Notes: generated by a model from the letters alone, not told the origin. Counted from the stretch's first letter, positions 30,101 to 38,708 are shown. The stretch: DNA of 57,649 nucleotides from Actinomycetes bacterium (GCA_021793235.1 JAJYTD010000024.1:1-57649); one strand, 5' to 3'. Numbers and translations are program-made.

Positions 30101-32170
30101 CCCCCCTAGGACCGCACCGATCCGCTCCAGGATCTGCGTGCGCACCAGCGCGTCGGCGACGTCAAGAGAACCCACGACCTCGGTGACGATTTCCAGGCCC
30201 TCGGTCTGCTCCGCCAGCCGCTCGCCCACCGGGCCGGCTTCGGCGACCGTCGCGATCCCCTCGGCGTCGGCGACCAGCCGGTCCACCTCGGTGTGGTAGC
30301 CGGCGAAAGCGTCGTCGCCCTGCAGGAAGTCGATGGCGCGCCGCCCCGAGGAGGCGAGTTCGTCGGCGAGCTCGCTGTCCAGCTCATCCACCCGGTCGGT
30401 GTCGACGTAGCGCATCTCCCGCACCGTCACCAGGTGGCCCTGGGCGCGGCGCAGCTCGGCCAGCCGTGACACCCACGCATCGGCCGACCGCAGCGTCTCA
30501 CTCCGCGCGCGCCGGATCAAAGACGTGATCTGTGCCGCCGCCTCCTCCAGGGCGGACTCGGCCTGCCCGGTGAGCGCCTGCACCTTCTCGAACTCGTCCA
30601 GCACCTGCTCCGCGGTGGACCGCACCTCGGTGAGCGGGCCGTACAGGTCGCCGAGTTCCTTGTCGTCCAGCCAGTGGTAGTGGTCGAACACCCGCCGGCA
30701 GGCCGCGATCAGCGCCTCGAACACCGCGGTCGACGGCGACATCTCCGCCACCATCCGGGTCACCGACAGGCAGTCGGAGATCCCCCGCACCAGCTCGGCG
30801 TTGCCGATCCGCTCCAGCGGCCCGGTACCGACCGGCTGGGCGGCCGCGTACACATCGGACACGTAGGGGGTCTGCCACACCTGCATGGGGTGCACCCGGG
30901 TGGGCTCCTCGGAGACCGCCCGGAACACCACGAGCGTTCCGTCGTCGAACAGCGAGTACCCGTGGCACGGGATCGGGGTGGCGACCTCCTTGCGGATGAC
31001 GTTGTAGGGCAGCAGCAGGCTGCGCCCCTCCTGGCGGGCGTGGAACACATAGAGCACGTCCTCGCCGTTGGGCGAGCGGATGACCTGCTCGAACTCCAGG
31101 TCCTTGATTACCGCGTCGAACGTCTTGACCGCGCCGGTGGCCAGGTAGTAGCCGCCGGGGAAGATGATGCCCTGGTCCTCGGGCAGCCTGCGGCACGCCT
31201 GCCCGATCCCGTCCAGCCGGACGACGTCCTTGGTCCTGGTGTTGAACACCAGGTACCGCCACTCGGTCTCGTTGTAGGGCAGGATCCGCAGCAGGATCAG
31301 CGCGCCGACACGGGCGTAGTAGACATCGGCGTCGGCCAGGCTCTGCAGCGGCTCGTCGACGGGTTCGCTGTAGATCCCCTCGCCCACCTCGGTGTTGTTC
31401 TCGACCTTGATGGTCAGGTCTCCGCCGACCGCCTCCACGAACATTTCACCGAGGATGGAGATGTGCGGGTGCCGCCCCAGGACATGGTCCTCGCGCGTGG
31501 CCTCGATCCACTCGAAGTCGTGAGGCGGCGGAAAGACGTGGTCGCGGTCGCCCTGGTTGTCGAGGTATTCGACCTCCCCGGCCGGGCTCACCGACCAGCG
31601 CAGCACCTTGACGTCCTCGGTGCGCGGCCCCGTCTGGAATACCGCCAGCAGCTTGCCCTCGACCCGCCGCAACTGCAGCAGGCGGGTGTCGCGGTAGTAG
31701 CGGTACAGCTCGCTGAAGTCCCGCTCGAACTGCGGGGCGCGCAGCAGCTCCGGGAACTCGCCGTGTCCGGCCGCGTCGAACCGGAACCCGTCTTCGGCGC
31801 CGCCGTCCGCGGCCGCACCGCCACCCGTGCCCCGCACGAACGTGTGCAGCGAGAATACATCGTCGACGGCGGTCTCGGGCTTCAACCCGATGAACACGTT
31901 GTAGCCGAACAGCATGAACCCGCCGACCGAGACGATGTCGCGCGGCACACAGTTGTTCTCGGTCCGGATCCGCTCGGTGCCGATCAGCCGCAGCTCGCTG
32001 CCGCCGAACACCTCCAGGCGTCGGCGGTTCAGCTCCTCGGCCCTTCGGGCGAGCTCCTCAGCCCGGCCGGACAGCCGCTCCCGCAGCACCTCGTAGGTAC
32101 CCGCGTCCAGCCCGCTGGCCGGGGAGGAGCCCGCCGCGCCGGCGGGCTCCTCGGTCACGACATCGGTCAC
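27134..32170 (-). CDS. Giant (1678 aa) multidomain protein with an embedded MoxR/AAA_5-type AAA+ ATPase module, flotillin-associated
   Basis: Walker A LLLISPPGYGKTT, Walker B LLYLDDIQH, sensor/arginine-finger region CMAGNPYTEEGQRFRVPDMLANRADV (MoxR-like). Long alpha-helical segments flank the ATPase module. The start is 7 bp after the flotillin stop. Strong GC3 bias over the full length. Confidence 0.8.
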   Translation of the reverse strand: MTDVVTEEPAGAAGSSPASGLDAGTYEVLRERLSGRAEELARRAEELNRRRLEVFGGSELRLIGTERIRTENNCVPRDIVSVGGFMLFGYNVFIGLKPETAVDDVFSLHTFVRGTGGGAAADGGAEDGFRFDAAGHGEFPELLRAPQFERDFSELYRYYRDTRLLQLRRVEGKLLAVFQTGPRTEDVKVLRWSVSPAGEVEYLDNQGDRDHVFPPPHDFEWIEATREDHVLGRHPHISILGEMFVEAVGGDLTIKVENNTEVGEGIYSEPVDEPLQSLADADVYYARVGALILLRILPYNETEWRYLVFNTRTKDVVRLDGIGQACRRLPEDQGIIFPGGYYLATGAVKTFDAVIKDLEFEQVIRSPNGEDVLYVFHARQEGRSLLLPYNVIRKEVATPIPCHGYSLFDDGTLVVFRAVSEEPTRVHPMQVWQTPYVSDVYAAAQPVGTGPLERIGNAELVRGISDCLSVTRMVAEMSPSTAVFEALIAACRRVFDHYHWLDDKELGDLYGPLTEVRSTAEQVLDEFEKVQALTGQAESALEEAAAQITSLIRRARSETLRSADAWVSRLAELRRAQGHLVTVREMRYVDTDRVDELDSELADELASSGRRAIDFLQGDDAFAGYHTEVDRLVADAEGIATVAEAGPVGERLAEQTEGLEIVTEVVGSLDVADALVRTQILERIGAVLGGINRARATLETRRRQLLDSEGRAEFAAEFALLGQAVTGALAASDTPDRCDEQLGRLMLQIENLESRFAEFDDFLGDLATKREDVYEAFSARKQTLLDERARRADRLVESAERILTSVSRRVMSLDSLDDVNTYFASDPMVAKLRASTEELRSLGDQVRAEELEGRVKAARQEAGRALRDRIDLFDDGGESIRLGQHRFAVNTQPVDLTMVPHDGEMAISITGTDYRAPVRDAEFAATRRFWDRLLVSESPEVYRAEYLAASVLAAAENGDEGVTLDVLHEAAVRGVDAAGGLLDVVRAVAETRYDEGYERGVHDHDAALLLEALLRLHTSAGLLRYPPQARAAAQLFWAFGTDEESRTAWTTRAASLARARTIFGSRRSAEINGLYAELGSAIAAFLAEAGLDGAAAETDLAGEYLFEEVAGAPSGFVTSAGARDLLDRFRRALGGARSKSRQEFAEDLRALGGDLAARHQLVTAWLNSFSATAGEEVSEADLPEAVAIELCGSALHRHDSSASLSAEVSGLLGTHPRIVDRRLVFRLDELLARTRRFRSEEVPAYREYQRRRNELVERERRGLRLDEYRPKVMSGFVRNRLLDEVYLPLIGDNLAKQVGAAGDSRRTDQSGLLLLISPPGYGKTTLMEYVASRLGLVFVKVNGPALGHSVTSLDPADAPDATARQEVEKISFALEMGSNTLLYLDDIQHTSPELLQKFISLCDGQRRMEGVWDGRTRTYDLRGKRFAVCMAGNPYTEEGQRFRVPDMLANRADVYNLGDVLSGKDELFALSYIENALTSNPVLAPLSTRDRGDIELLVRLAKGDESVRPDRLSHSYSPVELDQILAVLRKLVAVQEVVLANNQAYIASAAQAEESRTEPPFRLQGSYRNMNRLAEKIVPVMNDAELAAAIDDHYLGEAQTLTSDAEANLLKLAELRGTMTAEQAERWTAVKAAYLRSKALGGDGADPMSRAVGAVGLLADRVGAVETAIERAAERFSP

Positions 32171-32177
32171 CTATCCG

Positions 32178-34187
32178 TCACCGCTTCACACCGTCGAGGG
32201 CGGCCACGGGCGCCTCGGCGACGCCGAGGTGCTGCGCGGTTTTCAACAGCTCCTGCATCTTGCCCGCGTCAGGGCCGCCCGCGTTGATGAGCTTCACCAG
32301 CAGCGCCGACAGCGTGAGGTTCTTGATGTCGGCGGTGTCCACCGACCCCAGCACCCGGGAGATGTCGTCGGCGAAGCTGCCCGAACCGTCCAGCCAGGAC
32401 CCGGCCAGGGACTGGGCCACATCGGAGTTCTCCACGAACCCGTCCACGGCCTTGCCCATCCCGATGGAGTTGACCATCCGGTCGAAGAACATGCCGTCGC
32501 CGCCGACGATGTTGATGTCGGCCTTCTCCAGGCCGGTCGCCAGCACCGACGCCTGGGCCTCGGCGACCTGGCGGTGTACGTCGATCCCGGCGAGCCGGAT
32601 GTCCTTCTCGGTCTCCAGGCGCAGGCGGTACTCTTCGTGCTCGCGGCTGATCTCGTCGAGCGCGGCCATCGCGCCGGCCTTCTCGTTGAGCCCCTCGGCT
32701 TCGGCCTTGAGCTTCTCGCGGATGGCTTCGGCTTCGGCGAGCGCCTTCTCGCGCGCCACAGCGGCCTCCGCGCGGCCGACCTTATCGATCGCCTCGGCGT
32801 CCTGCTCGCGCACCTGGACCTCGGCCAGGCCCGCGGCGGCGGCTTCGGCCTGCAGCCCTTCGGCCAGACGGATCTTGGCGCGGGTGTCGAGTTCGGCGGC
32901 CTGCTGGCGGGCTTCGGCCAGGGTCATCTCCTCGGCGGCCTTGTGCTTGGCCGCCTCCTCGGCGGCTTCGGCCGCCTTGATGTCCTTGACCAGGTTCTCC
33001 TGCGCTTCGGCCTCGGCGTGGATGATGACCGCCTGCCGCTGGCGCTCGGCCTCCTCGACCGCGCGCAGCCGCTTGATGTTCTCCTCCTGCTCAGCGACGG
33101 TCTTCTCGACCGCGATCCGCTCCCGGATCACCTCGGCGACCTCGCGCTTTTCGCCCTCGACCTCCTTGTCCTTGGCGATACGGGACAGTTCGGTCTCGCG
33201 CTCGCGGCCGATGACCTCCAGCAGCCGATCCTTTTCGATGCGTTCGGTCTCGATGGAGATGACGCGTTCGCGGTTCTTCTCCGCGACGGCGATCTCCCGC
33301 TTCTGGTTCTCCTGCTGCACGCCCAGCTGCTCGTCGGTGCGCAGGTGCGCCTGCTGCGCCTTGAGCCGCTCCTCGGCCTGGACCCGGGCGGTCTCGGCCT
33401 CTTCGCGGGCCCGGATGATCTCGATCTCCCGCTTGGCCTTGGCCTCGGCTTCCTCCCGGCGCCGCTCCAGCTCCGCGAGGGTCTCCGCGGCCTCGGTGTC
33501 CTGCCGGTCGATCTCCTTGCGGCGGTCGTTCTCCAGCTCGTTGGTCTGCTTGTGCTGCGCGGAGGTGAGTTCGGTGATCTTACTGATGCCCTGGGCGTCG
33601 AGGATGTTGTCCCGGTCGAGCTGGCTCAGCGGGGTCTGTTCGAGGTAGTCGATCGCGGCGTCCTCAAGGATGTACCCGTTGAGGTCGGTGCCGATGAGGG
33701 CGACGATCCGGTCCCGGAACTCGTCGCGCTTGGTGTAGAGGTCCTCGAAGTCGAAGTGCTTGCCGACGGTCTTGAGCGCCTCGGAGAACTTGGCGTTGAA
33801 CAGCTGCTGCAAGGTCTCCTGGTCGCTGGCCCGGTCGGTGCCGATGGACTGGGCGACCTTGATGACGTCTTCGAGGGTCTTGTTGACGCGGACGAAGAAG
33901 GTGATGCTGATGTCCGCGCGGATGTTGTCCTGGCAGATCAGCCCTTCGCGGCCGCTGCGGTTGATCTCCATGGTCTTGACCGAGATGTCCATCACCTCGG
34001 CCTTGTGCAGCACGGGAAGAACGACAGCACCGGTGAAGGTCACGTCGACTTTTTTGACCTTGGAGATGATCAGCGCCCGGCCCTGCTCGACTTTGCGGAA
34101 GAGTCGGGTGACCACGAATAGCAGGGCGATGACGATGAGGAGTGCGACGGCGAGCAGGATGCCGAACGCGGGAGCGATGATGTCCAT
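32178..34187 (-). CDS. Flotillin-like SPFH/Band-7 protein (YqiK/FloT-like, 669 aa)
   Basis: N-terminal TM helix, an SPFH domain, then about 300 aa of E/A/R/K-rich coiled-coil and a C-terminal flotillin tail. Confidence 0.85.
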   Translation of the reverse strand: MDIIAPAFGILLAVALLIVIALLFVVTRLFRKVEQGRALIISKVKKVDVTFTGAVVLPVLHKAEVMDISVKTMEINRSGREGLICQDNIRADISITFFVRVNKTLEDVIKVAQSIGTDRASDQETLQQLFNAKFSEALKTVGKHFDFEDLYTKRDEFRDRIVALIGTDLNGYILEDAAIDYLEQTPLSQLDRDNILDAQGISKITELTSAQHKQTNELENDRRKEIDRQDTEAAETLAELERRREEAEAKAKREIEIIRAREEAETARVQAEERLKAQQAHLRTDEQLGVQQENQKREIAVAEKNRERVISIETERIEKDRLLEVIGRERETELSRIAKDKEVEGEKREVAEVIRERIAVEKTVAEQEENIKRLRAVEEAERQRQAVIIHAEAEAQENLVKDIKAAEAAEEAAKHKAAEEMTLAEARQQAAELDTRAKIRLAEGLQAEAAAAGLAEVQVREQDAEAIDKVGRAEAAVAREKALAEAEAIREKLKAEAEGLNEKAGAMAALDEISREHEEYRLRLETEKDIRLAGIDVHRQVAEAQASVLATGLEKADINIVGGDGMFFDRMVNSIGMGKAVDGFVENSDVAQSLAGSWLDGSGSFADDISRVLGSVDTADIKNLTLSALLVKLINAGGPDAGKMQELLKTAQHLGVAEAPVAALDGVKR

Positions 34188-34250
34188 CAGGCAGGGATCT
34201 CTCTGTCGGATGCGATCAGGGGATCAGAGGTGGTGTGGCGCGCGCAAAGC

Positions 34251-34307
34251 ATGGGGGAGCGGATCGGTGCACCCTTAGGGATGGGGGAGCGGATCAGTTC
34301 ACCCTTC
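34251..34307. repeat. Two tandem about 27-bp direct repeats (ATGGGGGAGCGGATCrGTkCACCCTT) in the flotillin promoter region
   Basis: Seen: atgggggagcggatcggtgcacccttaggg / atgggggagcggatcagttcacccttctga, period 30 bp, 65-120 bp upstream of the flotillin start. Confidence 0.55.
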
Positions 34308-34377
34308 TGACGTTGGGTTTCGGCAACAGGTTCCGTGTTCTTTGGCCGTGAGCGGCCAGCGGCGGCCCATGGCCGGG

Positions 34378-35088
34378 TCAGGACAGGCCGGGATCCAGCG
34401 CGGCGTCGAAAGCGGTGACCCAGAAGAACTCGCCTTCAGCGTCGTAGTCGAAGATCAGCGCGGTGCTGCCGGAGGTGAGGTCCTCATCGCCGGTCTGGCG
34501 GACCTGGATGATCGCGGAGGAGCCGTCCGCGGAGGTGATCTCGGCCTGTCCGAACTCGCGATCCACGCGGCCGGTGCGCACGATGCACGTCTGGCCGACG
34601 AAATCTTTGCGGGAGGACCCGCGCTGGTTCGGCAGGAACCGCCGCAGGCCCATGACGACACCGCTGGTGAACGCCCACGCGACGATGACCGCTGCGGCCA
34701 GCACGAGCAGCCCAAGGGCGATGAGGAGCGGAGTGGAGTCCACCCCGAGGGAGTCGATCAGCACGGTTCCCACCAGGCTCGCGAACCAGGCCACCGCGAT
34801 CAGCAGTGACAGCACGACGGTGACGGGTACCCCGCCCAGGCCGATACCGGGGAAGAAGGCGCCGAAGCCGCCGGTGCCGGTGTCGACATCGGTGTCGAGT
34901 AGGTCGGTGTCGACGGCGCCCAGTATGACGAAGACCCAGTAGCCGATGACGACCAGCAGCATGAAACTGAACAGGCCGGCAGGGAAACCGAGCACCGCAC
35001 CGAAGAACTCAACCATGACCCGCCGCACCGACCCCCAACCTGAACCACTGGCCACCGCTTGCCCTGCGACCTTACCGAACCAGGTCAC
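34378..35088 (-). CDS. NfeD-like / YqiJ-like membrane protein (flotillin partner)
   Basis: Multi-TM N-terminal region, then a C-terminal soluble beta-rich (OB-like) domain (QTCIVRTGRVDREFGQAEITSADGSSAIIQVRQ). It is upstream of and co-oriented with flotillin. Confidence 0.65.
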   Translation of the reverse strand: MTWFGKVAGQAVASGSGWGSVRRVMVEFFGAVLGFPAGLFSFMLLVVIGYWVFVILGAVDTDLLDTDVDTGTGGFGAFFPGIGLGGVPVTVVLSLLIAVAWFASLVGTVLIDSLGVDSTPLLIALGLLVLAAAVIVAWAFTSGVVMGLRRFLPNQRGSSRKDFVGQTCIVRTGRVDREFGQAEITSADGSSAIIQVRQTGDEDLTSGSTALIFDYDAEGEFFWVTAFDAALDPGLS

Positions 35089-35266
35089 CGGCCAGCCCCC
35101 CAGGGGGTGAAATGTCCGGTATCGGTCACTCGGTCACCATGAATGCGCCGATCGGACACCACTTTTCGTGTCCATTGGTTGACCGTATGGCGCGCTTTCG
35201 TGTAACGATCGGATCACACGGGAATGAACAGTTTCCTCGAAGCTGCGTATTCAGAGGAGCCGCCTT

Positions 35267-35536
35267 GTGAGCCGCCCGTGGGACGTCGACCCCTCTGCAC
35301 AGTTCCGCCGCCGACTTGGCAGAACAGCTGCTGAGCTTGGCGACAGCAGGGATCGTAAAGACTGTCCGGACATCTGGGAACTGACCAACGGAGATGTCGC
35401 GATCATCGGCCGGGATGTGACAGACCTCTTCTCCGCCCGACTGCCGTCAGGTGTGGGAGTCGGCGCCGATGAACGCCTTATCGTGATCCCCGGAAATATG
35501 CTCAAGGCGGCAAAACCGGACATCGAAGATGTTTGA
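35267..35536 (+). CDS. Hypothetical 89-aa protein (first gene of a coupled three-gene module)
   Basis: Good GC3 bias. Its stop overlaps the next start (ATGTTTGA). Weak resemblance to DUF397-like small proteins (C-x-D-I...G-D-V-A-I-I-G-R-D). Confidence 0.45.
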   Translation: MSRPWDVDPSAQFRRRLGRTAAELGDSRDRKDCPDIWELTNGDVAIIGRDVTDLFSARLPSGVGVGADERLIVIPGNMLKAAKPDIEDV

Positions 35537-36140
35537 TCTGGTCTGGGAGTACCCGGCGACACCGCTGAACCGCCCGGACTACCACGCCGATTCCGATCGT
35601 GTAGAAGAACGCATGTCCGGGGTCATCTGGAAGCTGGAGCGCGCACAGTACGTGTCCGAGCAGGGCGATGAGGCATGGGACGCGTTCGTCGACGGGGACT
35701 GGCCGCTGGTCATGGCGATCTACGAGAGCGAACGCGATGCCATCCGGAAGGCCGTGGAGGAGGAGGCGAAACAGGGGGTGGAGTTCCGCCGACTGCGCAT
35801 AGTGGAGCTTCCCCCGAGCTCCTACATCCGCTGGGAGCTTCCCAGCCTGCGGATATCCGCCGAATGCGGGCGTCTGATCAGAGTGCTGGATGCACGCCGG
35901 ATTGCGGATTTGGAGCGGAAGTATCCCCTACCGGAAATGCTGGTCTGCGGTGATCACGCCCTTTACCACGTCCAGTACGACGAGCAGAAGGTGCCGATCG
36001 GTGCGCGGAAGATCGACGACCGGCAAATTGTGGGCTCGGCAGCCGCGTCTGTGGCGGCGTTGTACGCTCAGGCAGAGCCGTTGACGGACTTCGTTGAACG
36101 GGAGATCACCCCACTGGGGCCACCAAAGTACGCGGAATGA
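35529..36140 (+). CDS. Hypothetical 203-aa protein (second gene of the module)
   Basis: Overlaps both neighbours by 8 nt and 4 nt. No recognisable catalytic motif by eye. Confidence 0.5.
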   Translation: MFDLVWEYPATPLNRPDYHADSDRVEERMSGVIWKLERAQYVSEQGDEAWDAFVDGDWPLVMAIYESERDAIRKAVEEEAKQGVEFRRLRIVELPPSSYIRWELPSLRISAECGRLIRVLDARRIADLERKYPLPEMLVCGDHALYHVQYDEQKVPIGARKIDDRQIVGSAAASVAALYAQAEPLTDFVEREITPLGPPKYAE

Positions 36141-36907
36141 CACAGATAAGACGAAACGCACGCCAGGAAAGCGACCACGCCGCTGTCCGGCTGCGTTCTG
36201 CTGCTGTTTTTACTCTCATCGCGCTCCTCGCCGCGGCGGCTGTGGCCGTATCCCCTGTAGCGCTACGCGTGTTCGACGGAGCAGGCGGCGAGTGGGAGCG
36301 GCTGAGCTTCATCGGGCAGACCTACGGTGCCGTGTCCGCTCTCATCGCCGTGTTCGCGCTGGTCGGTGTGATCGGCACCCTCGTCTTCCAGGCCCGTGAC
36401 AGTCGGCGGGCGATCGAGGAAACCCGGCGCCAGGCAATGAGCGACCTGCTCAAAATGGCCATGGACGACCCCGACCTTGACGAGTGCTGGGGTCCGATTC
36501 CCCAGCCGGCCGACCCCAAGGCGCGCAAGCAGCAGCTTTACACCAACATGATCATCGCCCAGTGGAGCGCGGCTTTCGAGGCCGAGGCCATTCCGGAAGG
36601 GCGGCTGCGCCTGATCGCGCGGGAGATGTTCGAGGGCCGGCCGGGGCGCACCTACTGGCAGCGGGCAGGCCAAGGGTGGGTGTCCGGGCCGGGCAGCGCC
36701 ATGGAACTGCGTTTCGCGCGAATCCTCGACGAGGAGTACCACCGGGCCGTAGCCGTCTCGCCGGAGCCACCGCAAGAGCGGTCACCCGAGGAGAAGCGCG
36801 GACCGCGCGGACGCCGCTTCGGCACCGCCCTCCTCGCCGCGGCCACCTTCGCCGCCGGGGCTGCCACGGCCGCGGCTGTCGCCTCGGGCCGGCGTCGCCC
36901 GAGCTGA
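36137..36907 (+). CDS. Hypothetical membrane protein, 256 aa (third gene of the module)
   Basis: Two N-terminal TM helices (AVFTLIALLAAAAVAV; TYGAVSALIAVFALVGVIGTLVF), then a soluble domain and an Ala-rich tail. Its start overlaps the upstream stop (ATGA). Confidence 0.45.
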   Translation: MTQIRRNARQESDHAAVRLRSAAVFTLIALLAAAAVAVSPVALRVFDGAGGEWERLSFIGQTYGAVSALIAVFALVGVIGTLVFQARDSRRAIEETRRQAMSDLLKMAMDDPDLDECWGPIPQPADPKARKQQLYTNMIIAQWSAAFEAEAIPEGRLRLIAREMFEGRPGRTYWQRAGQGWVSGPGSAMELRFARILDEEYHRAVAVSPEPPQERSPEEKRGPRGRRFGTALLAAATFAAGAATAAAVASGRRRPS

Positions 36908-37539
36908 CCTCGCCCGCGTCTGGCCCCGTGCCCGCTGGGATCAGTTGCCCAATGGGCGCCGGTGGCCGTCCGGACCGCTCGGCTCCGCCTCGGGCGCGGG
37001 TGTGCCGTCGGGGGGAAACCGTGCTTGCGCAGCATCGTGCGGCGGTAGTGGCCGGCGGTGGCCAGCGAAAGCACGGACAGGGCCGCGGCCCAGACGCCCA
37101 CAATGATTCCCGTGGGTGCGGTGATCCAGACGGTACTCCAGGAGCTCCACTCCACCGGGTCGATGAGGAAGGAGACCAGGCCGCCACCGGGGTTGGTGAC
37201 GTAGGAGAGCGGGATGAGGACCAGGGAGGAGACGCCCACCACCGCGACGAGCCGCCGGAGGGCGTACCAGCGCCCCAGCACATCGTCGCGCACCCACATC
37301 CGATAGCGGGGCGGCACCCGGGTGTCGAGTGACCGGTAGGCCAGCCAGCGCAGGAAGGGCGGGCGTTCCCGCAGGCGGGTGAGTAGCCCGGCCTTGACGA
37401 GCCCCCACCGCTCATCGGCGGTCGTGTCCGACTCGCGCAGCTCCAGGGTGGTGGCGATGATCTCTTCGCCGGGCTGTTCCCGGTAGTGCCGGGGGTAGCA
37501 GCGCAGTGCGCGCCGTAGCCGCTGCTCGTATCTGTCCAT
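36652..37539 (-). CDS. PadR-associated membrane protein (DUF1700-like)
   Basis: MDRYEQRLRRALRCYPRHYREQPGEEII...TTADERW, then TM helices. Its start overlaps the PadR stop. The 3' end is uncertain: the frame runs open to 36652, which would overlap the convergent gene by about 255 bp. Confidence 0.45.
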   Translation of the reverse strand: MDRYEQRLRRALRCYPRHYREQPGEEIIATTLELRESDTTADERWGLVKAGLLTRLRERPPFLRWLAYRSLDTRVPPRYRMWVRDDVLGRWYALRRLVAVVGVSSLVLIPLSYVTNPGGGLVSFLIDPVEWSSWSTVWITAPTGIIVGVWAAALSVLSLATAGHYRRTMLRKHGFPPTAHPRPRRSRAVRTATGAHWATDPSGHGARRGRGQLGRRRPEATAAAVAAPAAKVAAARRAVPKRRPRGPRFSSGDRSCGGSGETATARWYSSSRIRAKRSSMALPGPDTHPWPARCQ

Positions 37540-37541
37540 GC

Positions 37542-37877
37542 TCACACGGCCCCCATTCTCGGCTGCGGGCGCGGCGCCAGCAGGGATCGGGCGACCGATG
37601 CCAGGCGTTCCAGCCGCGCGGTCTCCTCGGCCAGCACCGTGTGCCCGTCCTCGGTCAGTTGGTAATAGCGGCGGTTGCGGCCGTTGACGACCTCTTCCTT
37701 GGCGACCGAGACCAGGCCGTCGCCGGTGAGCCGGTCGAGCGCGCCGTAGAGGGTTCCGGCGCCGAGGCGCACCCGCCCGTCGGAGAGCTCCCGCACCGCC
37801 GTGATGATCGCGTATCCGTGCCGTGGTCCTTCGGTGAGGGCCAGCAGCATGAGGTAGCTCTGCTCCCGTAGTGCCAT
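37542..37877 (-). CDS. PadR-family transcriptional regulator
   Basis: LMLLALTEGPRHGYAIITAV...GTLYGALDRLTGDGLV...RRYYQLTEDG: canonical PadR winged helix. Confidence 0.85.
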   Translation of the reverse strand: MALREQSYLMLLALTEGPRHGYAIITAVRELSDGRVRLGAGTLYGALDRLTGDGLVSVAKEEVVNGRNRRYYQLTEDGHTVLAEETARLERLASVARSLLAPRPQPRMGAV

Positions 37878-38042
37878 ACTCGATATATATCAGTAAGAGA
37901 TATATAAAGGAATAGGTGGCCGGATACGGCCACGTGGAGGGCAACAGTGGTGGGCAGCGGATTCGCGGCCACCGAACGCTGCGGCGCAGAAACAGCGCAC
38001 TCGTGGGAAACCGGCCGCCGCCGTCCGTGCGTCCACGGGTCC

Positions 38043-38708
38043 ATGGAGAACAACACCGCGCCCGGGTGGGGCGCCATCGACGCCGCACTGCTACGGATCT
38101 ACCCGCAAACCGAGCCGCTGCATATGGGCACCGAGCATCCGTGGCGCCTGGGCGGTCCCCACCCCCTCGACGGCATCAGCTTCTACCCGCGAACCGACCC
38201 GGTGCCGCATTGGCACGTGGTCGGCTACGGCATGACCGAGCTGTACGACAAGGAGACGGACAACTCCGAGGAATCCGGCTGGGGGTTCGAGTTCACCTTC
38301 CGGGCGGTGCGCCGCGGTGGTGACGAAGAGCCTCCGATGTGGGCCGCGGTTCTGCTGCAGAAGCTGGGCCGCTACGTGTTCGACTCCGGTAACCGGTTCG
38401 AACCGGGGCACACCATGAAGGTCGGCGGTCCGATCGACGGCTCTGACAACGGCTCCGTGATCCGCGCGCTCGCCTTCGCCGAAGACCCCGAACTCGGCCA
38501 GATCGCCACCCCGCACGGCCGGGTCCGGTTCCTGCAGGTGATCGGGCTCAGCCTGGACGAGTACGAGGCCGCACTCGGGGGACGGGCCCATGTCCTGCTC
38601 CGGGTCCTGGGGTCCAGGATCCCGCTGGGCACCACGGACATGCGCCGGCGCTCACTGCTGGAGGACCCGAAGATCGCCGCGAGTCTGGCCCAGGCCATGC
38701 AGCATTAG
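38043..38708 (+). CDS. Suppressor-of-fused (SUFU)-like domain protein
   Basis: WHVVGYGMTELYDKETDNSEESGWGFEFTFR matches the bacterial SUFU-like signature by recollection. The start was trimmed to Met 38043. Confidence 0.6.
   Translation: MENNTAPGWGAIDAALLRIYPQTEPLHMGTEHPWRLGGPHPLDGISFYPRTDPVPHWHVVGYGMTELYDKETDNSEESGWGFEFTFRAVRRGGDEEPPMWAAVLLQKLGRYVFDSGNRFEPGHTMKVGGPIDGSDNGSVIRALAFAEDPELGQIATPHGRVRFLQVIGLSLDEYEAALGGRAHVLLRVLGSRIPLGTTDMRRRSLLEDPKIAASLAQAMQH

Noticed and set aside
27629-34121. Large plus-strand ORFs (27629-30109, 30674-32287, 32229-34121)
   Set aside because: They are antisense to the giant ATPase and flotillin genes, which have clear motifs. They are shadow ORFs.
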